DNA of 64,000 nucleotides from Antedon mediterranea (GCF_964355755.1 NC_092679.1:20071432-20135431); one strand, 5' to 3'. Positions 1 to 13,908 are shown, counted from the first letter of the stretch. Notes: generated by a model not told the origin, from the letters alone. A program made the numbers and translations.

Positions 1-517
1 TGATTTTTCAAATGCAATCTTGTCAATGCAAATATTTGTCAATTAATTATTTAATCTTATGTACCAATGTTTTATGGAAAACAACTGTCTTCCGTTCCTG
101 ACATGTTTTTTTTCAAATATATAATTCATCAACGAAACGGAAGATGTACGGAAGATGATGATTATGAACAATTCCAAAAACTTCACAAACAAATGATTCA
201 TGTACATGTAATAAACGTTTTTACATTCCTCTGTCACTGCAATACAAATGGCAATAGTACATATAACATAGTACTTTTTAGTAGGCCTTGATGACTGGTA
301 CCATGTTACTGGAGAGCCTTGGCATTTGGTTTGGGAAGCTATTAATTAGGCATGATTCATGCTCTGCTTCGAGTATCCAACTGGCAGGTGGGGGCTTACC
401 AGACAACTGATAACCAAACTCACAGGGAAGGGAAAACAGGAAGACCTTCAGATCCTTTCATATTAGAAAACCTTGGAAAGTGAAAGGGCTATATAGGTAT
501 TATTAGGATTGAAGTAT

Positions 518-720
518 ATTTACCTCCACCAAGGAGGTTATGTAGTCGATCGCGTGTGTTTTTGTTTCATTGCTTATCTGTTTATTACCAGGATTACTCA
601 AAAAGTTATTGCCAGATCTTTACCAAATTGAAACCTCAGATAGATATATGGTCAAGGACCACCTCATCAAATTTTGGAGGCAATCCGGACCAGCATACTA
701 ATTCTGGACCATTTTCTAAA
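518..720 (+). mobile_element. Helentron-associated (HINE/DINE-1-like) non-autonomous element, 5' part
   Basis: Begins TTTACCTCCACCAAGGAGGTTATG (subterminal hairpin CCTCC..GGAGG), then a degenerate TGTT/TCTG tract and CAGGATTACTCAAAAAGTTA. This is the usual 5' architecture of Helentron-type non-autonomous elements. The 3' end was not found. Confidence 0.6.
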
Positions 721-1847
721 ACATTTTCAGACCTGCTAGTGTTAAATAGGAAAACATTTTTTCAAAAGCTGGTGATCTGGTACTTAGCATAATGTAACAA
801 GTAAACTGAAATTGTATTTTCTCAAGAAAAACTTCATATTTGTACAAGAGGCAAGAGTTATAATTTCTGATTTGTAATTTTAGAACATAATTTGATTTAA
901 TGTAGTTGTAAAAACCTCAATTTCTATCAAATTCACCCACTTGTTTCTGGTATTTTTACAGGCTCGTCCATTATACTATAGGGAACAGACCACACCCATA
1001 CAGATATTATATCTTTATGAATATACTAACATTCAGGGGACTCCAACCCATGTTCATCTGGCAACAAATGACAGTGTTTGCAAATCACCAATATAACAGC
1101 TCTTTGTGTAATTTCCAGATGTCTACCAGTTTTTTAAAAGTTCTACTCTGACGTGGGCTTTTTGCAATCAGGATTACGCCCACAATCAGGTAATTTCTTG
1201 CATCATTGAAATAATTGTTACAAACATTTTATATAAACTTATAAATTTAGCAAATTGTTTAGGATTCTGTGATAAAATGATTTACAAAAAATCACAAAAT
1301 CAATTATGCGAAAAAAAATATTGAAAAGTAACAAACAAAACGATTGTGTTCTGTATTGGGGTTCGTGCGACAACTTGAACTGCTCGTACGTCATACAATT
1401 TATTTTGATTCACAGGGAACAATGATTTATTAAATAACAGGATATAAAATTGTGTCTAATAAAAGTTTACGATTATCCTTTTTATTTAGAATCATTACTG
1501 TATCTAATAACTGGGTGTTAGAAATTTTACTTACCATACTATGCTTTTATTTTTTTCTAAAGAATATTGGTATTTTAGTAAGTAAGGTATAAGCTTAGAT
1601 GCATTGCTAATTGCTATAATATGAGATAAATACTTAAAATTATTTATAGATGTTGCTATTAAAAGGTGAGGGACTGTCTAAGCAGACTAAATCATAATAA
1701 TAGACAGTAAATTATATATAATGCGGAAAAATTATAAAAACACATAATATATCTAACAAATGTAAATAATATAATATGAAATCGTAAAGAAAAGCATGAA
1801 AAAAGGTAGGATGCCAAAGGACAAACCAATGTTGAAAACCTATGTCA

Positions 1848-1970
1848 AGTAGAACCCCTCCTTTGGGACATTCTTATTTAGGGGACACCCAAATTAAAAG
1901 GACACTTTTTGGGGTTCTAAAGGGTGTCTCCTTAATAGGGGTTGTAGTATTAGTAGGAAACTCTACTGTA
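1848..1970. mobile_element. Tc1/mariner (pogo/Tigger-like) MITE, degenerate
   Basis: AGTAGAACCCCTC...GGGACA repeats...TGTCTCCTTAATAGGGGTT...CTCTACTGTA. Related copies at ~9597-9790, ~9803-9865, ~17890-18052, ~22455-22575 and 52757-52893. Confidence 0.5.
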
Positions 1971-2106
1971 ACGCTTGAATTAGAGTCACTAGATTGAGGT
2001 TTTGTACATGAATCTGACAATTAATAATGATCAATGCACTTGTAGCGTGACTATACAGTATAAAGTAGTAGTAATGTTTAAATTGTGACTATAAATTATA
2101 GACTTA

Positions 2107-2245
2107 AGCTCTGTCTTCACTATCAAACTAGTTTGACAAAAAAGTGTGATGTGCCCAAATATGGTAGTGATATGACATCATCATGTCCATATATGGGCAC
2201 ATTACATTTTTTTGTCACATAAAGTTTGATAATGTAGACAGGACT
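2107..2245 (+). mobile_element. PIF/Harbinger (Tourist-like) MITE family A
   Basis: TIR AGCTCTGTCTACACTATCAAACT / AGTTTGATAGTGTAGACAGAGCT (slightly diverged in this copy), TTA target duplication at 2104-2106 and 2246-2248, near-palindromic body. About 13 copies in the window. Confidence 0.85.
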
Positions 2246-3654
2246 TTAGACATAGATAATACTTTATTCATCAAAATGTAAATTTACTTTGTCAAGGTAA
2301 GATATTAAAATACATTAAAATACTTTCAAAATGCATTTTTTCTGGTATATTTTTCAAGAAAAAAATGCCATGCCAGGTGAGAGTTCCTTATTTTTCACAT
2401 GACTGCCTTCTTTTACATGAGATGATGATGCGGTTTTAAGTAATTAAAGCAAAATAGCCAAAGGGTTAGGTAAAGTTATTTCAGGAACTATTGATACTAT
2501 TTTACTGATTCTAATTAAAGAAGGAACAAAGCTAATGAAATACTATAACCATCAAAGGTAGACCCATGCAAAGCTAGGCCTAGAATCTCTTTGGATATCA
2601 ATACCAACAGGGGTAAAAAGGAACCAACAGAGCGTGGTCATCGGTAAACAGGTTATACCTAATTTGTAACCCATTAATGATATGCGATACAATGCATTGG
2701 TGTTTATAATCATAAAGGCAAGAAGGATGTATGGTTTATGACAATTATTATACAATTTGTGGGGGGTAATTGCAGGATTCCGTAACTTTTGAAGTATGAA
2801 AAGGTAGGCCGATAAAAAGTGACAAATTTGCTTTTTTGCAAAACAACAAGTTATATGTCATATTGTGCAATTTCAATTGTCAATATAATTTAGTATTGAA
2901 ATAACAGTTCTAGTGTAAACTATATTAAAGGTTCATGAAAGGAACAATTTTTAAGGGCCCATTGATTAAACACCTTGGGCCATTGCCAAAGAACAAGATA
3001 TTTTAAAAATCTACAGGTACTATTAAAGAAATGTAAAGTGATTTTTCTATATAAAAATCGAAATAATAATCGAAATAATGTTAAAAACTGACAAGTGTAT
3101 GTTCATACGTACGGAGTAAGACTGGTTTACATAAGCGGTAAGCTAATCAACAAATAAAAATTAGTCAAGCGTCGCTTGAGTTTACCTCCATGGTGTCTGT
3201 TAAAATGGTGTATGTTGCTGTTGTATATAAGTGAATGGAATTAACAACGAGACTGCCTGATTCACATGCAGAGGCGTAGGCTACACGAGTCTGTACGTGT
3301 GAACATATTCTAAAACTGATTACGGTACTTTATTATGACGGGTGTAGGCTTGTATATTGAGGATAAGTGTCCATTCACAGTACTGAGAGACTGATTTTAT
3401 AGGCTTAAAGTTGAAATTTACAGACTGTATGAAGATTTACTGCATTAATAAAACTATTGATTAAACCATGGAGGAAATAATTTTATTATTTGGTGTGTCT
3501 ATAAATTTTAGTCTAGGCCTCTCAAATGCACTTATAGATTCTATAAGTAATATATTTGCTAGGATATAACCTTCAGAGTCTTGAAATCATCTGGTTTTTA
3601 TTATTAAATGATGACTTCAAAATTTAAACAAATTTGACAGATAATGCAAGGTTA

Positions 3655-4670
3655 GGGGAAGAAAGGGGGATGGACATTTAGGGGATGGACATTTAGAGGA
3701 AGGAGGGTGAAAAAGTTTGATGGAAAAGATAGAAAGAGAGGATAATAAATTACAACAGAGTAGGGCAAACATCTGATAAATTACTCAACACCCTGACGCA
3801 AAGCTACTCCACAGTAGTTACAAACAATTACAATCCTGAGGATAATGTTTTTAATAATTAATATATAATATTATAAATTATAATAAATTACATAGTAATA
3901 GATGAATAATACATAATGAATAAACAAAATTAAAATTTCAACCTAAGACATGTCAGATACTGATAGTATGCAAGGATGAGAAAGGGATGGGAAAAAGGAA
4001 AAAGTGAAGGAGAATTGGCTTTATAATTTCAAAAAGGGGATGGAAAAAGGAACAAGTACAGTAATGGATAAGGGGATGGGAAAGAAGGAACAGAGGATGG
4101 AAAAGGAAACAAGCAATGGATAAGGGAAAGAAAATAGGGTTGAAAAAAAAGGAAAATGGGGAGGAGAATGGTTGTTTTACAACATTACAAATTTTAAAGT
4201 GGGGTGGAAAAAAAAGAGAATAATAATAATAATAATAATAATAATAACTTTATTTAAAAACGGATGCAACATTTGAATCACCATATTGGTGTTTTTCACA
4301 AGGCCGTTACTTACTACAAAACTATTTATACTATTACACAAGTTATAATTTACAGTACAAAAACAAAAACAAAAAAAAGATTTCATGAAAAATATAGAGT
4401 TTCAAGTATATTTTATCTTTGGTCATTTATAATTTTTTTATATTAGGAGCTGTAATTGCATTTGAGTTTATAGCATTTAAACTATTCCATAGCTTTGCGC
4501 CAGAATACTAGAAACTTTTCTTTTTATACTCAGTGTTTGCCTTATGTAAACTTAGAATATCTTTTGATCTAGTATTATATGTTTGTTTGCGTGGGGAAAA
4601 AAGGAAAATGGCAGGGAAAAAAAGAAAATAGGAGGGAAAAACGGGATGGAAAAATATGAAGGGGATGAGT
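3655..4670. repeat. Purine-rich low-complexity region (GGGATGGAAAAA-type degenerate repeats), interrupted by a LINE fragment
   Basis: Repeated GGGATGGA/GGAAAA motifs at 3655-3745, 3975-4170 and 4591-4670. Confidence 0.6.
4219..4590 (-). mobile_element. 5'-truncated CR1/L2-clade LINE, 3' end
   Basis: Minus strand translates QTYNTRSKDILSLHKANTEYKKKSF*YSGAKLWNSLN, matching the CR1/L2 ORF2 C-terminal YNTR...SF.Y.G.KLWNSL motif with one in-frame stop. It is followed by a 3' UTR ending AATAAAG(TTA)n. Confidence 0.75.
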
Positions 4671-5309
4671 ATTGCATTTAAAAGGTAAACACTTTCAAAT
4701 AGTATATAATTTGTTAGTATCTAATGAATTAAAGGACTTCCGTTAAATGATCTGTTTGTTTCAAATCTTGAATCCTTCTTCTATCTTTAGTAATCTTTGG
4801 AGATTTCTGACCCGGTTGTCTTACCGTGAGAGTGACAAATGATCATCCAAGATTTTAACTTAATGTTTTTCACAAAAGGCTTCCGGTGGAGTTAGGTCTC
4901 TGTGAACTTTTGAAAGTATAATGTAGATTAATTTGAACAAAACAATCAGATGGATTCTTTTGAATGGATAGTACAATGACAATTGATGAACAATGAGTAC
5001 ACCATTATCTTGATATGCATTGTTATTCTATGATTGATCCATCAACCAGAAGTACTGTGACATTACAATACACAATGGGTGTATTGTCCGAGTCTGGAAG
5101 TACAACACAATTATTCAAATTGTAAAGGATAATAAAAAATATATTAATATAGTTTTATACAGTATATGATTATTCAAAATATGTTACAGAAAATCTATTG
5201 ATTCGGACTGGAAACTGAAGGCACAAGAACATTTTTATCCCGTGCAACTAAAAGCATCGAAACATTGTAACAAACAAATGTAATCAATTGTCAATTATAA
5301 TATATAATA

Positions 5310-6117
5310 AATGGATAAAAAAAACACCATTGAATTTGTCTTTCCTTTGGAATGGATGAAAAAAAACCAACATTGAATTTGTCTTTCTTTTGGAATGGAT
5401 GAAAAAAAACCAACATTGAATTTGTCTTTCCTTTGGAATGGATGAAAAAAAAACCAACATTGAATTTGTCTTTCCTTTGGAATGGATGAAAAAAAACCAA
5501 CATTGAATTTGTCTTTCCTTTGGAATGGATGAAAAAAAACACCATTGAATTTGTCTTTCCTTTGGAATGGATGAAAAAAAACCACCATTGAATTTGTCTT
5601 TCCTTTGGAATGGATGAAAAAAAAACCAACATTGAATTTGTCTTTCTTTTGGAATGGATGAAAAAAAACCAACATTGAATTTGTCTTTCCTTTGGAATGG
5701 ATGAAAAAAAAACCAACATTGAATTTGTCTTTCCTTTGGAATGGATGAAAAAAAACCAACATTGAATTTGTCTTTCCTTTGGAATGGATGAAAAAAAACA
5801 CCATTGAATTTGTCTTTCCTTTGGAATGGATGAAAAAAAACCACCATTGAATTTGTCTTTCCTTTGGAATGGATGAAAAAAAATGCCATTGAATTTGTCT
5901 TTCCTTTAGAATGGATGAAAAAAAATGCCATTGAATTTGTCTTTCCTTTGGAATGGATGAAAAAAAACCACCATTGAATTGGTCTTTCCTTTGGAATGGA
6001 TGGAAAAAACACCATTGAATTTGTCTTTCCTTTGGAATGGATGAAAAAAAAACACCATTGAATTTGTCTTTCCTTTGGAATGGATGAAAAAAATGCCATT
6101 GAATTTGTCTTTCCTTT
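5310..6117. repeat. Minisatellite, 19 copies of a ~42-44 bp unit
   Basis: Unit AATGGATG(A)7-9[CCAAC/CACC/CCACC/TGCC]ATTGAATTTGTCTTTCCTTTGG. It explains the three overlapping minus-strand ORFs at 5284-6153. Confidence 0.97.
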
Positions 6118-7908
6118 CAAATGCTTTCGTATCTTTTTAAATGTTTTTTTCATGCTAAAATATACAGAAATTGTGATCCAATTTAAAAAATCAGTATTGC
6201 ATTCATGGTAAAGTGTTATAAAATATTAAAAATAGATAATTAAGTAAATAAATAAATGTCAAATATGTTTACAAATACTGTACATAAATAAATATATACC
6301 AATAATATTGAATAGACCACTCATATTGTGGTGTGTGATATATGCTTCTGCTCATTTTTTCTGATAGGATCTCTGCTTTGCCAATATTTTTATATTGGCT
6401 TTTAAACTTAGAGACATGATAATTAAACCAAAATCATTTCAACCTCCACCTGATGAGAACACCTTTTCTATCAATTAATTTTAAAATGCTTGCAGCGTGA
6501 AAATTAAATATCACAGATACCCCATGCTGATGCTAACATTGATCTTAGGGATTAAGGTCATTACAATTTCCTAATCCAGGTGTTATTTTTAGATAATCCT
6601 ATGAGGAATCAATTTATGATAGGGTGTTAATCTGATTATGAATATCTGTGATTTTTGTAATGCTATTGGGTGTCATTTATACATTTATCAGTAATGTTAG
6701 TTGATGACTCATATTTGTCAGATGTAGGCCTATATTTAATGAATCAACAGGTTTGCTGATCTGCCAAATTGGCATTACAAAAAACAGGAGACTATACTAC
6801 ATTTTATACCATAGCCTACGGTATGTATTCCCTAAAATAAACTCCGCCAATAGAACATCATTTATCACCTTCATTTATTTTACCCCCCGTCACATGCATA
6901 TATACACAATATTGTATTGAAAATAATTCATTAATTGACATGATCTATAAATATATAAAGCATTCTGATACAACAATTGTATTTTATCACTTCTCGTATA
7001 TTAATTGTGTTGTATTTTTTCAAATCTAGGAGGAATTTATTTGATTATACATAATTATCATATACACCCAAAAAATAAATGCCTCCCTCTTATAAACGCC
7101 TCCCTCAAATAAACGTTACCCAAAAAAAAAACCTGAACAATAACGAATAAATACAGTATGACGAACATAAAAGCACAACAATAATATTATGCTAAGTTTT
7201 TAGTTTAGTTTTTTGTTTCCGATTGAAGTAATTCTGTAAAATCAATAGTCAATCTATTGATTTTCTGGGAATTTTATGTTTTTTAATTAAATCAGAGAAA
7301 ATTACAGTTTGTTGGAAGTTGAAATAAAAGGACTATACATTATATTTTGTGCTGTAATGAATATTTTAATCTTTAAAAAATATTATTTAGAAGATTAGTA
7401 ATTTCTAACCAAATCCTGATATTGTAATCAAATTGCATAATATAATGTACAAAATTCTTATGTTGGGAATTGGATACAACTCATAATTTCAAACTACAGA
7501 AAATCAAATAACAATGAAGAAATCTTAGTCATTAGTGTTTAAATTGAGATAATTTGAATCATAATGCAACGTATTATATTCAAGCATACTTAATGGTCAT
7601 TACGAAAGGAAATAAACAAGATAGAGAATACACTTTGTTAAGATTATTGACAATAATAACAAATCGTATTAAATGCCTAAGGAACTTTGATTGTGATTCT
7701 CTAACATGAATAGTGGTTAAGTTAGCTTAAGAAAGTTAACAGATGTTTTCACAGGGATTTTATTACATCTTTTTTATTTTCATTTTCAAATTTAGAATGG
7801 AAATACAATAGAAACAGTCCTTTGTTGAGGACCTCTATTTGTCATTAAATACATATGAAGTTATTAAATTACATTTTTTTAGTTTTCATTATCAAGTAAC
7901 GCCAAAAG

Positions 7909-8073
7909 CAAGCCTGTAGCCAAGGGAGGTTTAAGGGTTTGAACGAACCTCCCTTTTACCAGAATTGCCCTTTTTAACTAAAGACCAACAGCATAAATAA
8001 TGGTAAATAAGCCTAACTAACCTAGCTCATGATGATTTTGCCCCTTTTCTGTAAAAATCCTCGCTATGGGCTT
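7909..8073. mobile_element. Degenerate hAT-type MITE
   Basis: Imperfect TIRs CAAGCCTGTAGCCAAGG ... CCTCGCTATGGGCTT, resembling the CAGGCCCGTAGCCAGG class of hAT MITE ends. Confidence 0.45.
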
Positions 8074-10624
8074 AATCAAAACTACTGCACTGCATATTTC
8101 TAAAATAAGACGTTTTATCAAATATTTAAATACTACATTTTTTTTAATGTTATTCAGAGTTACATCTTAGAGTTATAGCTTTTGAGCTTTTTATATTGAT
8201 CAAGCTTCTTAGGCTAGGATCTGAATTTCATCGTAGTAATTTTGTTATATTTAGAGTCCAATAGTGTTTTCAAGATTAACATAGATTGTGTTTAACAATT
8301 TTATTTTGAGAACCATGACAACAAATTATGAAAATGGGGTTTAGATGATTTTTGGCACCAAGCCAGTTTGGTTAAGCACTCCCATGTTGTTGTAAAGGGG
8401 AAACACCGACATAATCTATGCGACAGAAGTGGGACACCTTTATGATCATGTCATTGGCGGCAACATTATTACAACCATTTGATAATGGTCTGTGAACAAA
8501 ATTTTAATGATCTACAAATGGAGAAGTTGTTTGTATTCTTTCTTATACAGATATTTTAAGATATTTTGTTTTTTTGTATATAGTGTAAAACAGAGAATAT
8601 ATACAAAGATCTTGTGTAGTTGTATGTAGGGAACCTCCAACTAAACCAATATTGAGAGTCGGTTCAATTTAAATCAAATGCTCCCAAATTCATGTAATTC
8701 TGTCATATACGCATCAAGCTGGATTTAGTTAATTTTTAGATAATATGGTGATGAAAATTAATAAAACAGATACTGTAGTAGTAGTTTGAAACAGGATTTA
8801 ACAAGAATAGTTTACTGTACAAGCAGAATATGAACTACAGAGGGCAACATAACACTTTTATGCATAAGATAAGATTTTCAAGAAAAACTAAAAGTAGTTG
8901 AGGTACTAACAACTAACTCCCTGGTATTAGTTATCCCAGACCAGATCTAATACAGAAAGTCTCAATAAAAGAAGTAAAAGAAATCACTACATATATAATA
9001 TAAACAAAACATTCAAAAGAACAAAGATAATCTGGTTATACCAACTATCAAATTTTATGTGAACACAAATTATTAGATTTCACCATTAACATATCGATTC
9101 ACATTCTTCCTTACTTTAATTATTTTAACCTGTCGTTACCAGTTAATTAAAGGTGCTCCCAAGGTTGTTTATCTTTTACTGGGATGAGCGCTCATGGGGT
9201 CACTCGGTCCATCATCAGACACCGGTAACACGGCTAATTAAACAAGATAATTACTCGTAATATGTCATCGGGCTATTATGATTACGAAGGTTCAATCACT
9301 GGATTACTTGTAAAATAACAACGCACTGCTGACTAACGTATATATGAAGTCATTGACTAACAAAACATTGTTTTAATTGTAAAGGTTAGATAGTTAATTA
9401 ACAAATTATATGGCATCATCATTGGTAATTAATTAATCAATTAGCTGTTGGATGTAATTCAATAAAGATGATTCAGTATTATGGTCCATTGATGACATTG
9501 ACAAACTGATGCTTAAGTTCTATCTTTGCAGTGAGTCAGGAGACAGTTTTGGGTTAATTCTTAATACTTATATAGAGCAGAAATAAATTCTAAAATTGGG
9601 ACACCCCCTATTAAGTGGACACTATTCTGTGAAACAAATAAGGGATTACAGTTAAAATCCTATCAAGTGACCGAACAAAGTGTCCCAATGAATAGAGGTT
9701 GTTTGTAGTGTTAAGATATATATTGTCCTTATTATTTTCACAGGAAAGTGTCTCTTCATAGGGGTCCTAAAGGAGAGGTTATACTGTATTATAATATCTA
9801 TATACAGTAGAATCACAAAGAGGGAAACCTTTGGAAGCCAACAGTGCGTCCCTTTAATAGGAATCATGATTTACCCAAAGTTGGAGAATCAAAACAGTTA
9901 AGTTTACGCAATAATGAGAGGTAATTAACACAACAGGAGATGTATGAAGTTGATTGATTCAGCAAGGTCTTGCACCTGATCGTATCGACACACTTATCAA
10001 CGCTTTCATTGATGGTGGGCGCAAACACCGTACGTGCGGCGGCCATGTGCTGCTGTGTCTGCTGAGGCAGCCGTGTGAGAAGGCGGAAACCTGCCAGAAC
10101 TGCTGGGTTGAGCTTTGCATGCGCTGCCTGCAAGCCATGCAACAAGACCAATGTCTGCCAAAGCTACTGGGTAGAGCGATGTGTACGTTGGATATCTTGT
10201 TATTGTGACAGATATGTTGATTGTGTAATTTGGTATCAAACACCAGGGTGGTATTATCAATGGATTGTTTATTTTAACTAAACATATTATTTTAACAACT
10301 ATCATAACGAAAACATCTTCACTGTATCTCTTGTAACTAGGAATGTACAGCAGCTGATGATGAAAGTGATAGTTATTTTATCTATTGAATGGAGCAAACC
10401 ATGAGTCTTTATAATAGTAAAAAAAAATTGATTGATATAAATTTTTGCACTTCAGTTTTAATAAAAGGCATTATTTCAAAATACAAACATTTGATTCTCT
10501 ATTACTAAATGTCTGTACATGACGATGTACAAGTCATTACACAGAATATTAATTAATGTTAATTATATTTTCTAATACCAAAGCATAGATGAAATTATAC
10601 TTATTTTGAATTACTGTACAAAAT

Positions 10625-10778
10625 GATTATAATTATGATGACAAAGATGATACAATAATGATGATGAAAATATTGATGTTGGTGATGACGATGAAGTGAT
10701 AATGATGATGATGATGATGATGGTGATTATAATGATGACGATGACAATGATGATGATGAGGATGATAATGATGATGAA
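10625..10778. repeat. (GAT)n degenerate trinucleotide microsatellite
   Basis: Long run of ATG/GAT triplets. It is the source of the poly-Met ORF 10696-11022. Confidence 0.9.
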
Positions 10779-11129
10779 AGGTGGTGATCAGAAAGATACA
10801 CCAATCATGTTAACACTACTACTGATAAATAAGATAATAAACCAGAATAAACTTCTCATGTGCGTGCAATGCAATGCATTCTCAATACCTACATCAATGT
10901 CACTAACACTTTGTTTCCATATTCTATCACGACTGGATAATCAGACCCGACATGTGACTGCCAGGTTGCAGTGGGATACCATATTCAAGATAAACAAAGA
11001 AATCAACATGTTGGTAATATAGTAACCCGAGGAAATTTATCATACTGATGTGTGATGAAAAATATAAATATTTGACCTTGAAGTTGTGGAATACTTTGAT
11101 GAAATAGTGTGGGGGTAAGGAAAAGGGGC

Positions 11130-11536
11130 CATATAGTTTGACACTGAAGCAGTTGTAAGCCTTGAACGTATACACTTCATAGAATGGGATAGGGGTGATG
11201 ACAAAGCAAGTAGAGATCTTGTTGAACTATAGTGGTGAACCTAGAAGGAACATTTAAGTATAGATGGGAGAGGGGCAATACAGTATATGACACTTAAGTA
11301 TTTGTAAGCCTTGAAGGTACACTTTGGGATGGAAGAGGGGATTGGAGAGGGGAGGTGTACCCCACTCATAGGTGATGACAAAGCAAGTAGATCTTGTTGA
11401 AGTAGTGGTGAACCTAGAAGGGACACTTAAGTAGGGATGGTAGAGGGGAAATACATTGACACTGAAGCAGTTGAGGCGATGGGAGAGGGGAGGTGTACCC
11501 TATACATGAGTGATGACAAAGCAAGTGTAGATCTTA
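11130..11536. repeat. Degenerate tandem triplication (~140-180 bp unit)
   Basis: GTGATGACAAAGCAAGT..AGATCTT recurs at ~11195, ~11372 and ~11510. TGACACT(G/T)AAG and GAGAGGGG blocks also recur. Confidence 0.8.
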
Positions 11537-13908
11537 TATCTAAAACCTGCCAAACTTACATCTTGAATGCGAGATGCAACTCAGTAATATTAGATTATTT
11601 TCTCAATTTCATGTAATCCAGGGTAGCTTACCTGAGGCATTCTAACAGCCTGTTACAATGATCAGTATTGGCGCCTCAGATAATTGATGATATTGGGAAT
11701 GTCTTGGTAAAAAAATGCATTTATAAGCAACATGAATGCAATATGCACAAAATTACAACTCCACTCCCAAAGACTTGTAATAAGACTTTGTTTATGTAGA
11801 GCATCTTGTGTATATGTTTGTCTTGTGAACCTCTGAGGGTCCCTAATGATCAGCAATTGCTGGATGGATCACCGTTATTAAATATAGTAAAAAAAAAAAA
11901 AAATAATGATAATAATAATATGCAATAGTGTCTTGGCTAAAAAATTTAAACTTCACATAGGGTTTATGGTAATTTCGGTTTTTAGATAATTTACATCCAT
12001 CGTTTTGTTACTAGATTGTTTTTATTACCATTTTTTTTTTATTAACACAGAGGATCGGTATCACAAAACTTAGCCTACTCCAATCATAAATATGAATACT
12101 ATTGATATTATTATTATAATAACTTAATGATGGGAATTATTACCTTCGAGTTAATCAGGGCATGTAGGAGGGAGTGAAAAAACAAATTAAAGTATCACTA
12201 CATTTTATCAACCTGTGTGGTATCTTAGATTCCGCTTTATACAATAGAATCGGTACACATTGTCTGACAATAATAATCATGAACTTGACATTACTAGCCT
12301 CCCAGGAGACTGAGAAGCTAACGACACATCTATAAAAGGCAATAAAGGCCTTATCATGTCCTAATGTAATGAATCGAGTCTGATGGAAGGAAACGATCAG
12401 GTCTAAAGACACATTCGGCTGGAGCTAATGAGAGTCTGGATCAAGAGAAACGTGCAGTGCCTGGACAGTTAGACGAATAACGGATTACAATCTACTTCCA
12501 AACAAATATAAGCTTATGTTCTACTTGAATATGGCTTTATTGCTGTATAATCCTCAAGAAGGGCTATTAAGGAGAGTTTGATTAGATGTATTGTAAGTCA
12601 ACAATTAGGATGACCTACGACTCACCCTGCCTGCCACAAGGGGGGCCTAGGATTTAGGACAAGGCTTTAAAATACCCTTTGAACTATTTACTATTCTAGC
12701 CTTGATACCAATAAGACAATAGTTAAGTATATTTCATTATTTGTTTGTTTGACAGAGAATGCTGTTTTTAGTTGATGGATTTCAACATGTTGTACTATAC
12801 AAAATGATGAAGATTTATGAACTTTTTCATTGAATAGATAACATTTTACGTGTGCACCATGGTGACAGGTCACAAATACAAAATAATAATAATCATAGCT
12901 ATCCACATTAAATATCACTTCAATATTTAAGAATAGTACAAAATAAAAAATACTAACATTTTATATTTTTTTAACATCCTTTAGATGAGGAGAGACGATA
13001 AGTTGGAAACACAATAATCTGGAACAACTCAAGCCTAATTAATTTTTATCTACCCAGAAGCGTACCGAACACACCGTGCTAAATAAACATGATAAAAATA
13101 AAACCCATTACCGAAAACGTTCATCACCTGATGAACACAATATTTAGATTTTAATGTCAAGAACTATCTGGTTGTGCATGTGTATGGTTTACATTTGGAT
13201 CCAGGCCAGGGCATTTCTTGGAACACATGTTACAATGTTTGTGACTATCAAAATGATGAACATCCGATACATGTTTCATGATATAACCTTTTCGGTCGTC
13301 AAAGTAAACGATTACATTTGTTATCTGCAATAGTTAAACAAGACTGTTGAGCACTGATGCATTCTAACTGTTGTAGACACTCAAATTAACCCTCCCAAAA
13401 CAAATAATGTTAGGGTGTTCGCTGAAAACTAGAGACTGGAATGGAAGTGATGGTAAAAGCATCTCTCTTGCCCTTATTTGTTGAAAAAACGGCTATAAGC
13501 ATTCTGTCTAAACCCAGGGGCCTCAACTTACTACAAGGACCCCTAGCAGAGGACTCCAGAGGAAAGGAAATATTAATTATCTTTTGCTAAGTTATAATAC
13601 AAACCGTTAACCCTGATATTTTATATATTTTATAATAGTAAATATTGTTTTTGCTACAATTTTAATAAATTAAACCTTCAAAAATAATAATAAAAGCAAA
13701 TAATAAAATTCATATTTTATGTGAAACCTTGTGAATGGGAAGCTATAGAATTTAGTAAAACAAAAATTAGGTTAAACACTTGTAAGTGTACGTAAGTTGA
13801 ACTCTCAGTACAAAACAATAGCATAAATACAAAGACAAGATTCTCCAGATCTTCTTTGTGAAATAAGTTCATCTAGAGGTGAAGGATGTTCATTCAAGAC
13901 GTGACCAA

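Noticed and set aside
4825-4910. Minus-strand HRDL kinase-like motif after an AG
   Set aside because: The frame stops within about 12 codons after the motif and no other kinase motifs are nearby.
5284-6153. Long ORFs (289, 169 and 142 aa) and a CRISPR-like look of the regular repeat
   Set aside because: The ORFs are translations of a stop-free tandem repeat. Units are contiguous with no unique spacers, there are no cas genes, and the context is eukaryotic.
6450-6500. CTGATGAG...GAAA hammerhead ribozyme core
   Set aside because: No flanking helices can be formed.
10696-11022. Poly-Met ORF
   Set aside because: Product of a (GAT)n microsatellite.
11195-11536. Possible C/D snoRNA cluster (three GTGATGA C-box motifs)
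   Set aside because: Only one copy has a downstream CTGA. There are no terminal stems or recognisable rRNA antisense element, and tandem duplication explains the repeats.
12631-12648. Additional CTCF-like motifs (also 37489 and 39941)
   Set aside because: Each needs an indel or several core mismatches.
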